Source of the DNA: Nitrospinaceae bacterium
Lineage (GTDB): Bacteria > Nitrospinota > Nitrospinia > Nitrospinales > Nitrospinaceae
Direction: 5' to 3'
DNA: 64,000 bases
NCBI GenBank assembly: GCA_965223665.1
Contig: OZ245011.1
Coordinates: 2,176,001-2,240,000, forward strand
Every line of letters starts with the position of its first letter. The stretch's first letter is position 1. The translations under genes were made by a program, and so were the position numbers. Positions 50,717 to 60,521 of the stretch are shown one piece after another. The notes below the pieces were generated by a model that worked only from the letters and a program-made list of their open reading frames with translations, did no database searches and was not told the origin of the DNA.

Positions 50717-51335
50717 TAGTTTCCTCCATAAACCATTTTTGAAAATGAACGGCGCAAATTTTATTAATTAGATTTTTGAAATTGAATTTTTCGGTATGCG
50801 AAACAGAATAAAGGCAAGCCTTTGAATTTAAATGTTTAATTTAAACTCAAAACCAAAATTATGACTTTCTGATTTTTTTCATTGAAAAATGGGCAATTAG
50901 GTTCGCAGTAAACACAAACTCTGCATGTAGGAAAACACCTGCCCTGCTAGAAATCACCCCAATATGACTATAAGGATAAAACCAGATCGGATTTACCCCC
51001 GGCAGAAGACCTGAAAAACCGTCCTTTAAAGAAAGGGGATAAGAAATAATTTGTTAGTCTAAATTTTTTATCACAAAATTTTGCAAGGCCAAAAAAATTC
51101 CCCTGTTTAATGCCCTCCCTTTAATCATTAAAAATCATAATTGAGTGGGTTCTATATCTATAGATAATCTTCAGAAACAACTAACAGAAGTACAGACAAT
51201 ACGTTCCCCATTTTCCAACCTGGCAATTGGAAGCAACTCACCTATTCGAAAATCTTTGTGGATTCTGCATTCACACCAACTCATCGAAAATAAAAGCTGC
51301 CCGCGGGCGCTGGCCCGCTGCGGGGATTTCCCTGC

Positions 51336-52187
51336 TTAAACGTTTCCGCTCTTTGAGCACTGCAGGCTTTTGCCCTGCCAGAAGGTTTTGACTTTTTCCA
51401 CCGAGTGCAGAGTTTTGCCGTCCAGGGGATCCCAGATCTCCGCCTGCCCTGCCTGCATCCCCATGAACGCCACGGCGTGAGTTTCCGGCCCGAGTTGGGC
51501 ATTGTCGATGAACAGCATTGCCGGTGCGGTCAATTGGGTGATGTCTGAATCCATCACCCACTTTTTGGAACAACTCACACCCACCTGGCCCAGTGCATGG
51601 ATGGCGCGGCCGGCGTTGGTGCCGGTCATTTTGGTGGTGCGCATTCTAAGGGCCATTTCCTTTTCTGTTTTTTCGATCCCTAACCAACCGGCAATGTTGG
51701 CTCCCGAAGCGGCGACACAGGTAGAAGGATGACTCTGCAATATGACTCCCTTGACCTTCAAATGGTTCAGCTCCGGAACCACCAAGTCCGAGTACTGCCA
51801 ATGGAGAATGGGAAAAATGGCGACCAGCATCACGGAAGCCATGGCGATGGCCCACTTCTCCTTATGCCCGGTTTTGAAGGCGACGCAGGAAACCAGCGTG
51901 TATAGAAAAGCAAAACACGCGATGACGATTCGGAAACCGGCGTCATTGGCGTAAAGATCGAACCAAATGGGAACCTGCCACCTCAGGGTTCGGTTGACCA
52001 TGGGGACGCCAACGATGGTGAACACCAGAAGAAGGATCGCAATGATGAAATAAATGTATCTGGCCTGGTGATGCAGCGTTTCCAGTTTTACGTTTTGGTG
52101 CTTCGAATGAAGCCGCTGGCCCGCCCGCAGACCCAGCACGCCAAAGATCAATACAATCGCAACATTAACGATCAGGTGAAGGTTCAT
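51336..52187 (-). CDS. Membrane protein with C-terminal peptidase C39-like domain
   Basis: Four TM segments, then QSHPSTCVAAS (Q...C), THAV (H) and IWDP (D) triad. Confidence 0.75.
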   Translation of the reverse strand: MNLHLIVNVAIVLIFGVLGLRAGQRLHSKHQNVKLETLHHQARYIYFIIAILLLVFTIVGVPMVNRTLRWQVPIWFDLYANDAGFRIVIACFAFLYTLVSCVAFKTGHKEKWAIAMASVMLVAIFPILHWQYSDLVVPELNHLKVKGVILQSHPSTCVAASGANIAGWLGIEKTEKEMALRMRTTKMTGTNAGRAIHALGQVGVSCSKKWVMDSDITQLTAPAMLFIDNAQLGPETHAVAFMGMQAGQAEIWDPLDGKTLHSVEKVKTFWQGKSLQCSKSGNV

Positions 52188-52242
52188 CTATTTTATTTTT
52201 CCTTTCGCGTGTTAAGAGTCTGATTGGGATTCCCATCGGTAT

Positions 52243-52384
52243 AGAGAGCTTTGCATAACCAAGGATTATTGAATAAACAGGTCTAATTAAAAACCGGAAA
52301 CCCATGGTCTCCCTCTTTCCTAAAGAGGGCCGGGGTGATTCACATTCAGGGGTTTTCTTATTTTGTAGTTACACAAAAGTCTCC
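52243..52384. repeat. Dispersed palindromic element, inverted copy 3
   Basis: Reverse complement of the 17625/27745 element with scattered substitutions. Confidence 0.85.
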
Positions 52385-52742
52385 CGGTTATAAGGGCCGC
52401 CCCTGAATCGGAATTTTAAAAACCAGGTTCCTTTTTATTCCTCGGGACATCCCCATTCAATTTTTGCTATGAATTCAGGTTAATTTAAGGATGGGATAAA
52501 AACAATACCAAAACCCGGCAGGCCTGTTTTTTCGGGTTTTGAAGTGCGTTCTATAACAATATCAAGGTCAATCATTAAAATAAATGCGGATACGAGAAGG
52601 ATTCATTGTTCATTTAAGTGAGATAGGAGAATTTTACCTTCAGAGATTTTACTTCGAATCCTCCACCCCACCCGGCCTGCGGTTTTGAACAAGGCCGGGC
52701 TTAGGTGAGGTTTTATTCCTTACAGTTTCGAAACACGTTTCG

Positions 52743-53933
52743 CTAATTAGGTTCCGACAGACTACCGGCGGCCCAGTTGTTGTCATTGGGTGCGGTGCGA
52801 CCAAACCCGCCGCTGACGCTGGACGAATCTCCATCGGCAATATTCTCGGCGCCGCCACTGACACTGGATTGCGAATCTCGGGCGCTGTTAAACAGACCGC
52901 CACTCACGCTGGCCCCTTCCCCGCTGGCAGTGTTGCGTCCACCGCCACTGACACTGGCGCTGTGACCGCTGGCAACGTTCGCCGCGCCTCCGCTAACCGT
53001 CGAATAAGGTCCGGAAATCTCGTTGACATCGCCGGCCACCAATCCGCCAAAGCTGGAGTAATTGTGACCATTGCCGATCACTACATTGTGCGAACCGGTC
53101 TTGTTGGAGGGACTGATTCTGGAGTCTTCATCGTATCCCACAATCAAATTACCCAGTCCATTGACTTGCGCACCGGCTGAGAAAGGGCTGTTGGGGTTTG
53201 CCGGGTCGCCATTGGTCGCGCCCAGACCATTTCGAATACGAACATTCATCCCATCAAAATTCAAATTGTTGCCGGTGCGGGTGATCCCCGCCAACAAAGC
53301 TTTAAGCCGAATGATTTCTGCGGTGAGTTCTTCATTCGTTAACGGTCTCGCAGTGAAGGTTACTCTCAAACCAGGTTCGCTAGGGCCAAACTCTCTGGAG
53401 ACCAACGAAATTCCATCGTTAGTTCCCGAAGTGCGAATCGCGAATCCATTATTAGGAATAGATCCATCCACCCACCCCTGCAACACGGCCAAACCGGCAC
53501 TGTTTAAATTTAATCTTAAATCACCCACAGATCCGGCCGGAATCACACCTAAGACATCCGTGTTTGTGGACAGATCGGTCCAATTCACTGTAGTCTCTGT
53601 CCACGGATTCAACTGCTGCAAAATATGGTACGGCTCCCCACTGGAATTGCGGACGAAAAAATATAATTCCGCCCCCGTGATTACAGAAAACGGAGGGATC
53701 GCAGAAACATCCCATTGCACCAGGCTGACCACTTCCCCAAAAGTTCCATTGGCCGGGTCCTGGCTCACACCATCGGCAATTAAAATATTTTCAGAACCAT
53801 AATTGGTGGAGGGCGAGGTTTCTCTCACATAACTATCCTGGATAACGGGGGCTATGTTTTCTGTTGCTAGCGAAGGGACACTCATAAAAATCAAAAAGAC
53901 TGGCAGAACAAAAATCTTGAATAAGCTTTTCAT
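52743..53933 (-). CDS. Secreted DNRLRE-like domain protein with C-terminal SVSGGxxNxA repeats
   Basis: Signal peptide; QDSYVRE..PSTNYG, WTETTVNW, GWVDG..PNNG, SRE; 14-aa SVSGG..N.A.G repeats. Confidence 0.75.
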   Translation of the reverse strand: MKSLFKIFVLPVFLIFMSVPSLATENIAPVIQDSYVRETSPSTNYGSENILIADGVSQDPANGTFGEVVSLVQWDVSAIPPFSVITGAELYFFVRNSSGEPYHILQQLNPWTETTVNWTDLSTNTDVLGVIPAGSVGDLRLNLNSAGLAVLQGWVDGSIPNNGFAIRTSGTNDGISLVSREFGPSEPGLRVTFTARPLTNEELTAEIIRLKALLAGITRTGNNLNFDGMNVRIRNGLGATNGDPANPNSPFSAGAQVNGLGNLIVGYDEDSRISPSNKTGSHNVVIGNGHNYSSFGGLVAGDVNEISGPYSTVSGGAANVASGHSASVSGGGRNTASGEGASVSGGLFNSARDSQSSVSGGAENIADGDSSSVSGGFGRTAPNDNNWAAGSLSEPN

Positions 53934-54114
53934 TGTTTTTCCTCCTAACTGAAATTGGCGCGCGGGGTTTGAATTGCCCTATTTAGGCATAAAGAAAAGA
54001 AGCTGTCAAGAAAAGTATCGATTTAAGACAATTTAGGTGAAATCTCAAATTTTCTTCGTTAAACTATTAAGACAAAATAAATTATTTTCACTGAGTTGAT
54101 CTCGCTAGAAAATT

Positions 54115-54882
54115 ATGAAAGCCACACTTTTCTCCATAGGATGTATTGGCCTCTTTTTGTTTGGTTTATGTTTTATTTTAACCTTTTCGGCACCCGGTAC
54201 ATTTGAAGAGTCTGCAAAAGAGTTTGTGAAACAACAAATAGAGAAGGAAATTAAGGAAAAGTATCAAGAGGTCAAAGCCTCTTCCTTTGTGGGGAAAGTG
54301 AGTGCTTTGGTAAACCAGTTTGGGTATCATGAACAGCAATTGCGAGAGGCCATTGAGAATGGGTTACCTGAAAAAATTGGAAATGTGCTCGCCAGGATGT
54401 GTGGCTATGACTGTGAAAAAAAGAAAAGTGTTATTCAATCGATTAAAAATACTTATTTAGAACAAATTTCCAATTATGATTCCGCTCAGGAAAGACTTAA
54501 GGAAATCATTAAGAACAAATATCTTACTATCTTTGGGAATTTAAAATCAGACTTAAGGATTTTTCTTGGTTCCAATACCCTTGTATTTTCTCTTTTACTG
54601 TTGATCTCAGCACTAAAACCAAGGGCCTTTGTCCAGTTATCTATTCCGGGAATACTATTGTTCATCGCCACTATAGTTTCGGTGGCATTATATGTTTTTG
54701 GACAAGATTGGTTTTACACATTGGTTTACAACGATTTTATGGGATGGGGATACCTGGCTTACATAGGTGTAATATTTTGCTCTTTAACGGATATAGTTTT
54801 TAACAAAGCAAGAGTGACCACAGAGGTCGTCAATTTCTATTTTAACCTTATAGGCTCAGCCATATCAGCGAGTCCGTGTTAA
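54115..54882 (+). CDS. Hypothetical membrane protein
   Basis: N-terminal TM, helical domain with CGYDC, three C-terminal TM segments. Confidence 0.75.
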   Translation: MKATLFSIGCIGLFLFGLCFILTFSAPGTFEESAKEFVKQQIEKEIKEKYQEVKASSFVGKVSALVNQFGYHEQQLREAIENGLPEKIGNVLARMCGYDCEKKKSVIQSIKNTYLEQISNYDSAQERLKEIIKNKYLTIFGNLKSDLRIFLGSNTLVFSLLLLISALKPRAFVQLSIPGILLFIATIVSVALYVFGQDWFYTLVYNDFMGWGYLAYIGVIFCSLTDIVFNKARVTTEVVNFYFNLIGSAISASPC

Positions 54883-54947
54883 AAGAAAAAAAAGAGAATT
54901 TCATATTAATCTTGAAATAAAGGCAGCCAAGAATCGAGAGAGTCCGT

Positions 54948-55322
54948 ATGAAAGGGATGTTCCTGAGAACGTTCCATAGCACCCGTTACTTTCTCCTGAA
55001 CCGTTTTCGAAGCAGAAATTATTTGAATTTCCCTTATTTCATTGCCTGCAATGAACTTTCACAAGAATATAATTATGCACTCTCCATCCTTGAAAAGAAA
55101 TTTGAGAATCTGACTTTTCCGGTAGATCGTTTTTATTGGTATGCATCGAATTCTTTAATTGCTGCCAATCAAAACCGCAATAATGATGCAATTGAATTTG
55201 CTAAACAGGCTCTCGAGGCAGCCCAAGTAAAAAAATCTGGATTCCGTTACCATCAGAATATAGGGCTGGTTGGAAAGGAACATCAAAAAGTGATTAAAAA
55301 ACTTGTTAAATTAGTGGGTTAA
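54948..55322 (+). CDS. Hypothetical protein, possibly an N-truncated immunity-like gene
   Basis: C-terminal FPVDRF...AKQALEAA...SGFRYH; start uncertain. Confidence 0.45.
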   Translation: MKGMFLRTFHSTRYFLLNRFRSRNYLNFPYFIACNELSQEYNYALSILEKKFENLTFPVDRFYWYASNSLIAANQNRNNDAIEFAKQALEAAQVKKSGFRYHQNIGLVGKEHQKVIKKLVKLVG

Positions 55323-55475
55323 AATTAATTATTCAAGATCACTTAAACTTCCTGTACTCACCGCCCATGATCCCCAACCGGCACCCGGAGGTAACTAAAC
55401 TATTCAAAAAGTTTCTGAAGAACCCGCACTCGCCACCGAACATCGCAAATAAATTTTCCCAATGGCCGGGGGCCA

Positions 55476-55871
55476 TTAGTCTTTGCGTTTTTCGAGTTTT
55501 TTGACTTTTTCGCGCAGGACGGAAATTTCGGAAGAGAGGTTGCGGATCATTTCCAGCGCTTCTTTGATGGCGATTCCATCGGGATGAATCACGTTGCCCG
55601 GGAGGGCATTTTTTTCAATTTCCATGACTCCCCGACCGGTCAGCATCCAGTCAAGTGATACTTTACGCGAGACGCAGAACGCCACGATGGTGTCTGTGGG
55701 AAAGTAATCCTGCTCTTCATAATTTTTGATACTTTGCCGAGAGATCCCGAATTCTCGCGCCATATGAGCCTGTTTCAGGTCTTCCACACCCAGGACCTGC
55801 CCCACCCGCTTGGCGATGACCGCAAACGGCTTAAAAACCTTCTTGTGCTGCTGTAAATTTTTATTTGACAT
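55476..55871 (-). CDS. Phage CI-like repressor (HTH, no obvious peptidase domain)
   Basis: QAHMAREFGISRQSIKNY HTH and VSLDWMLTGRG motif. Confidence 0.8.
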   Translation of the reverse strand: MSNKNLQQHKKVFKPFAVIAKRVGQVLGVEDLKQAHMAREFGISRQSIKNYEEQDYFPTDTIVAFCVSRKVSLDWMLTGRGVMEIEKNALPGNVIHPDGIAIKEALEMIRNLSSEISVLREKVKKLEKRKD

Positions 55872-55893
55872 ATGTCAGGTTTTAATTTACATT
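55865..55893 (+). promoter_or_regulatory. Rightward sigma70 promoter overlapping the repressor start, with a palindrome
   Basis: TTGACA(55865)-17 bp-TACATT(55888); palindrome TGACATATGTCA at 55866-55877. Confidence 0.6.
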
Positions 55894-56384
55894 GCTCTCG
55901 TAGGCACATTGCCCCGGAGGACGCGGACGAAATGGAAAATCCCGACAGTATCACAATTCCGGATTCCAAACAAGGTTCCCAACCTGGCGGTTGGCAGCGT
56001 GATGCTGGCCACTCGCCGTGGCGGCAGAATTTATTCGCGATGTTCGGAGGTAAATACAAAATACTCTGAAAATTTTCGGAGAGTTTACTTTCCATTGATA
56101 AAACTCCCGGGTCGCGAGGACAACTCTATTTTCCATGGACCTGTGGCATGTGCCGAGCACTCAAAAATTTTTTAATAATAAAGTTAGCCTTTAGGAAAAA
56201 ATTTCCCTGCCGGCATAAAGCCTGCCGGTCTCATCTCCCTGGTGGGGGTTTTTCACCCTCCCGGAACTCCCGCCGGGGAGGCTTTAAAAATTAAGAATGA
56301 ATCAGTGAAAAGATTCTGATGATCTCGTTTGAAAGTAAATAAAGGAGCATCCGTATTCACGACTTTGACACATACCAAACCCAG

Positions 56385-56729
56385 GTGCAGCAACGAATCG
56401 ACCAGATCGGTCTGGTGGAACCACATGAAGTGGCCGCACCGGATGCCATTTTGCCGCAACTTAAAAAACTGGTTTCGTTATGGAATGAAGTGGAGGACTT
56501 TCACCGCATTGCTGAAGACAATTTTGATGAAGACGATATTTACACCGCCCTCACCGCCATCGCCATAGGCTTTGATGAAGTGGGGAACCAATGCATCGAC
56601 GCCTGCGAGCAGATTGCGCTGATACGGGACCAGATTCAGAACCACCAGGGCCACATGTGCGCTGAATATAACGAGGGCACTCGCCTGTCTCAACAGGAGG
56701 ATGAATGGGAACAGAGACATTACTATTAA
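56385..56729 (+). CDS. Hypothetical protein (prophage remnant)
   Basis: 114-aa acidic ORF; start uncertain. Confidence 0.55.
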   Translation: MQQRIDQIGLVEPHEVAAPDAILPQLKKLVSLWNEVEDFHRIAEDNFDEDDIYTALTAIAIGFDEVGNQCIDACEQIALIRDQIQNHQGHMCAEYNEGTRLSQQEDEWEQRHYY

Positions 56730-56803
56730 GAGTTGTTCTGGGTGGCATTACCGGACTGTTAGTGTGGATTTTTTGGGACGAAATTGAGGAGTTGTTTCGA
56801 TGA
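56705..56803 (+). CDS. Small membrane peptide (32 aa)
   Basis: AGGAGG RBS; MGTETLLLRVVLGGITGLLVWIFWDEIEELFR. Confidence 0.5.
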   Translation: MGTETLLLRVVLGGITGLLVWIFWDEIEELFR

Positions 56804-56901
56804 ATATTCAATGGACGCTGCTGCTTCTTGGCACTCTATGGTGTTTCGCCCTTTCCCTGTGGGCGTGGAAGCGGTTGTGGGACATCGTGTCAAGGCCCTG
56901 A
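56800..56901 (+). CDS. Small membrane peptide (33 aa)
   Basis: ATGA coupling, GAGGAG RBS; MNIQWTLLLLGTLWCFALSLWAWKRLWDIVSRP. Confidence 0.5.
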   Translation: MNIQWTLLLLGTLWCFALSLWAWKRLWDIVSRP

Positions 56902-57299
56902 TCCTTTAAGCTTGCGGTACAGGCTTCCGTTAGTTCGAGAAGGGTTGTCTGCTCAATAATATTGGGTCGAAAGCGAACCAGGGTGGGGCCAGTGGGGTTT
57001 ACGCAGGCGTGCGAGTTTCCCCCGAGCAAACCCTCGCGAAAGACAACCAACAAGCCTACAACTTTTTCGAGATATCAGCTAGCCATAATGAAAGAACAAA
57101 ACAATAAATTAAAAATAAAAAGCAAATGCGTTCCCTCTTTTCTAAAGAGAGTTAGGGTGATTCACCTTCAGGGGTCTTCACTTATAAAAATAATTTATTC
57201 TTTCAGCAAGAATGATGACACGCGTTTTTTTAAGCGCAAATTTAATTTTTCTAAATTTTCAAAACAAAAAAATCATCTCTTTTTATGGAGCCCGGCCAC

Positions 57300-57575
57300 A
57301 TGATCTTCGAGTGCAAAGTATTTTCAGCCCAAGGCGAGTTGAAACAAGTATTGGACCCGGAACGAATTATCAAAAAACATTGGGAAGGATTTTGGTTAGG
57401 CGAAGGACCCAGCGATAACCGAAACTTTCCCCTGCGAAACTGCGAATTATGCCAGGAGGAATACAAACCCACATCCAGCACTCAGAAAATTTGTCTCACA
57501 GAAGCGTGCCGGGTTCGGCTCCGCCGATTGAACCGCAAACGCGCCCAACTGCGCAAACAACAGCAACTGAATTAA
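57300..57575 (+). CDS. Small protein with a C-terminal Cys4 zinc-ribbon-like motif
   Basis: CELC...CLTEAC; N-terminus paralogous to 17200..17427. Confidence 0.65.
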   Translation: MIFECKVFSAQGELKQVLDPERIIKKHWEGFWLGEGPSDNRNFPLRNCELCQEEYKPTSSTQKICLTEACRVRLRRLNRKRAQLRKQQQLN

Positions 57576-57675
57576 AAAATAAATGCCGCAACATCAATTG
57601 AAACAGGATGTGGTACCATGGGGTCATCCAATGAACCACAAAGCTTGCCCTTATAACGATAAGGAGGGTGAGCCC

Positions 57676-58713
57676 ATGAGAATGCGATTGAAAGGAAACC
57701 GCTGGTACGCGGCGTTCCGATGGAAAGGCCAATGGCGCGGCGATTCGCTGGAAGCGTTTGCACACCAAACGATGAAAGCCCAGATGAACCTCGGCCGCCT
57801 GATAGAAAGACTGGAGAGAGGAGACGACCCCAAAATCACCAAAAAGCCGATTGCCTCGGCTCAGAAATTGTACGCAGAGCAGATCCGGCATCGGTCCCAG
57901 TCCGTCAAGTTACGCAGCACATCGATTTTAAAACTGCACATCATTCCTTTTTTCGGTGAGACTCCGTTTGAAAAAGTCCCCCCCGACATGGTTGCCCACT
58001 ATAAGGAAAAACGGGAAGCCAGCGGCACCACGCAGAGTACGCTGCAAAAAGAGTTGCGCGTGCTGAAAGAAGTCATGCGCCTGGCAATAAAAGATTGGGA
58101 AATACCGACCGCCAGAGAAAGTGCGCGGATGGTTTTCAAGAATCCCGGAAAGACGCCGCAACAAGTCCTGCAGCTGGCGGATCTGAAGCACGCCGCACCG
58201 TGGGTGCCAAAGCAATCCGCAAGGTACGGAGAACAATATTTAAGAGCCTTCTGGTTTATGGCCTTCACCGGATTGGACGCGTCCGACGTATTGAAAATCA
58301 CCCCCGGGCATATCAAGAACGGATGGATAGAAGGCAAACGCGGAAAAAATAAGAAACCCTATTTCATTTATATCTCCCGATCATTACATGGGTTGATCGA
58401 GTCCATGCCCAGTCCACTGACCGAGGATCAGCCCTATCTGACCGGCATCAAAAGCAATCCCCTGTGCAAGGCGATCAAGCGAGCGTTTGTGAAAGCCGGG
58501 CTGGACTGGGCCAATACCAAAAGCCTGCGACACTTTTTTGCGTCGTACCTGCACAATGCCGGGTTGCCGAAGCAAGTCATCGCCGAAGCCGTGGGGCACG
58601 CCGAGAACTCGAAATGCACCCCGGTGTATTTACATTTATATAAAGATAACCTGAAGGCCGCATTTGAAGTCTTCGACCAGACCGTCGACCCCATGCTGCC
58701 ATTCGAAAAATGA
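57676..58713 (+). CDS. Tyrosine recombinase/integrase (atypical active site)
   Basis: AAGGAGG RBS; KSLRH, VGH, PVY box II motifs; box I reads FTGLDASD. Confidence 0.88.
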   Translation: MRMRLKGNRWYAAFRWKGQWRGDSLEAFAHQTMKAQMNLGRLIERLERGDDPKITKKPIASAQKLYAEQIRHRSQSVKLRSTSILKLHIIPFFGETPFEKVPPDMVAHYKEKREASGTTQSTLQKELRVLKEVMRLAIKDWEIPTARESARMVFKNPGKTPQQVLQLADLKHAAPWVPKQSARYGEQYLRAFWFMAFTGLDASDVLKITPGHIKNGWIEGKRGKNKKPYFIYISRSLHGLIESMPSPLTEDQPYLTGIKSNPLCKAIKRAFVKAGLDWANTKSLRHFFASYLHNAGLPKQVIAEAVGHAENSKCTPVYLHLYKDNLKAAFEVFDQTVDPMLPFEK

Positions 58714-58809
58714 GAGGACGAATAGTGAAAAAATAGATTCAGAAAATTCTAATTAAGCTTAAAGAGGTGAACAAAATAAACTCAATCGGCGACCAGATTT
58801 TTAGAGAAA

Positions 58810-59494
58810 GCTCCATCTCGTCGAAGATGAGACGGATGAAGGGTGGCCGGACAACGTCAGGATGGAACGAGGAAATGGGAAAAGAACTTCAATTTAATTC
58901 TAAGATTTACAAAATTTAAAAAATGTTCACTCTTTTAGAAAAAAAAGTAAGCGGAAAACGATGTGCTCCCTCTTTCCCAACCTGGCGGTTGGAGGCAAGA
59001 AAAATTTTCGAAAAGTTTCTGATGATTCTGTCATCTTAGAAATTTACCGAAAATGAATTTTACTGGCAGGCGTTGGCCTGCGGGCTGGGGGGATTGACCT
59101 CCAGGGTTTTTATAAAGTAAGAATGAAGAAAATCCTTCTAGCCGCGGTCCCCGACAGCTGTGGGATTCACATTCAAGAGAAGAAATTTTTATGGGAAAAG
59201 ACGATGCGCTCCTTCTTTTTAGAGAAAGCTCCATCTCATCGAAGAGGAGACTGGCGAAGCCGGGCCGGACACCGTCCGGATGGAGCGTTGAAAGTGGAAA
59301 TAAGAAGGGGACTTCAAACGGGTTGGACATTCCATTGAATCAAAAATTTAAAGAAGAGTTCTGGAAAACGGTATTTTTAAAAACCGCAACAAACAAATTA
59401 AAAAAAATTTGTCCGTTACCAACTTTTTAGGAAATGCTCCATCTTATCAAAGATAAGACAGGCGAAGCCCGGCCGGACAACATCCGGATGGAGT
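58810..59494. repeat. Three copies of a ~60-bp structured repeat (58810, 59228, 59436)
   Basis: GCTCCATCT....GGCCGGAC...GGATGGA conserved in all three copies. Confidence 0.85.
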
Positions 59495-59686
59495 AGAAAA
59501 AATCGAAAAATATCACGAACAACCTTAATAGCTCTAAAGAAAAACACCTTGGGAGAGGGAAAAGCCAGCAACAAACTAGAAGTTACCTGACAAAAAAAGC
59601 GACTTTCTGAATAAAATTAAGGGTAGAGAAATAGGAGAGTTTCCAAGTAACCATAAGGATCAAATAGAATCGGTACAAAGAGAAGA

Positions 59687-60331
59687 GGAAGGTGACGTTT
59701 GGATCGGTGACGAGAAGTGTTGACCGAATGTGAGCCAAGTATAAACATGGCTTCCTGAATAAACCCAAATCGTGGATAATGGTGATAATTTTCAAATATT
59801 ACTTAGCCATCAAAGAGAAACTGGGCAAAGACTATAGGAAGGTGACGTTTGGATCGGTGACGAGAAGTGTTGACCGAATGTGAGCCAAGTATAAACATGG
59901 CTTCCTGAATAAACCCAAATCGTGGATAATGGTGATAATTTTTAAATATTACTTAGCCATCAAAGAGAAACTGGGCAGAGACTATAGGAAGGTAACGTTT
60001 GGATCGGTGACGAGAAGTGTTGACCGAATGTGAGCCAAGTATAAACATGGCTTCCTGAATAAACCCAAATCGTAGATAATGGTGATAATTTTCAAATATT
60101 ACTTAGCCATCAAAGAGAAACTGGGCAGAGACTATAGGAAGGTGACGTTTGGATCGGTGACGAGAAGTGTTGACCGAATGTGAGCCAAGTATAAACATGG
60201 CTTCCTGAATAAACCCAAATCGTGGATAATGGTGATAATTTTTAAATATTACTTAGCCATCAAAGAGAAACTGGACAGAGACTATAGGAAGGTGACGTTT
60301 GGATCGGTGACGAGAAGTGTTGACCGAATGT
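59687..60331. repeat. Non-coding 150-bp tandem repeat, 4.3 copies
   Basis: Units start at 59687, 59837, 59987, 60137 and 60287; few substitutions; stop codons in all six frames of the unit. Confidence 0.97.
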
Positions 60332-60392
60332 TGCCGATAGAAAAATGAGCATTCTCAAAATCGCAATAACCGGAGCAAAAACAAAGGAGGGA

Positions 60393-60436
60393 TGGCGTCC
60401 CCAGCGGGATTCGAACCCGCGTCGCCGGCGTGAAAG
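60393..60436 (-). mobile_element. Prophage att site: 3' 44 nt of tRNA-Glu(TTC)
   Basis: Minus strand CTTTCAC-GCCGGCGAC-GCGGGTTCGAATCCCGC-TGGGGACG-CCA gives the anticodon loop, T arm, acceptor 3' strand and CCA. The 5' half is absent; the fragment lies 85 bp from the integrase stop. Confidence 0.88.
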
Positions 60437-60521
60437 TTACCCACCCCAAAAATCGACCCTTGTTTTTGATACTCTTCTACTTTTTTTGAGAATCTCAACT
60501 GCACGTTTCTCCCACGTTAGC

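Noticed and set aside
55436-56048. Inverted repeats flanking the CI-like gene as IS or invertible-element ends
   Set aside because: The CCGAACATCGC.AATAAATT match is real, but the right copy is embedded in the dispersed repeat family, and there is no transposase, invertase or target duplication.
59687-60331. CRISPR array
   Set aside because: Whole 150-bp units are near-identical, with no unique spacers, and no cas genes are in the window.
60393-60470. Complete tRNA-Glu gene
   Set aside because: Only the anticodon loop to CCA is present; the sequence beyond 60436 does not supply a D arm or the acceptor 5' strand.
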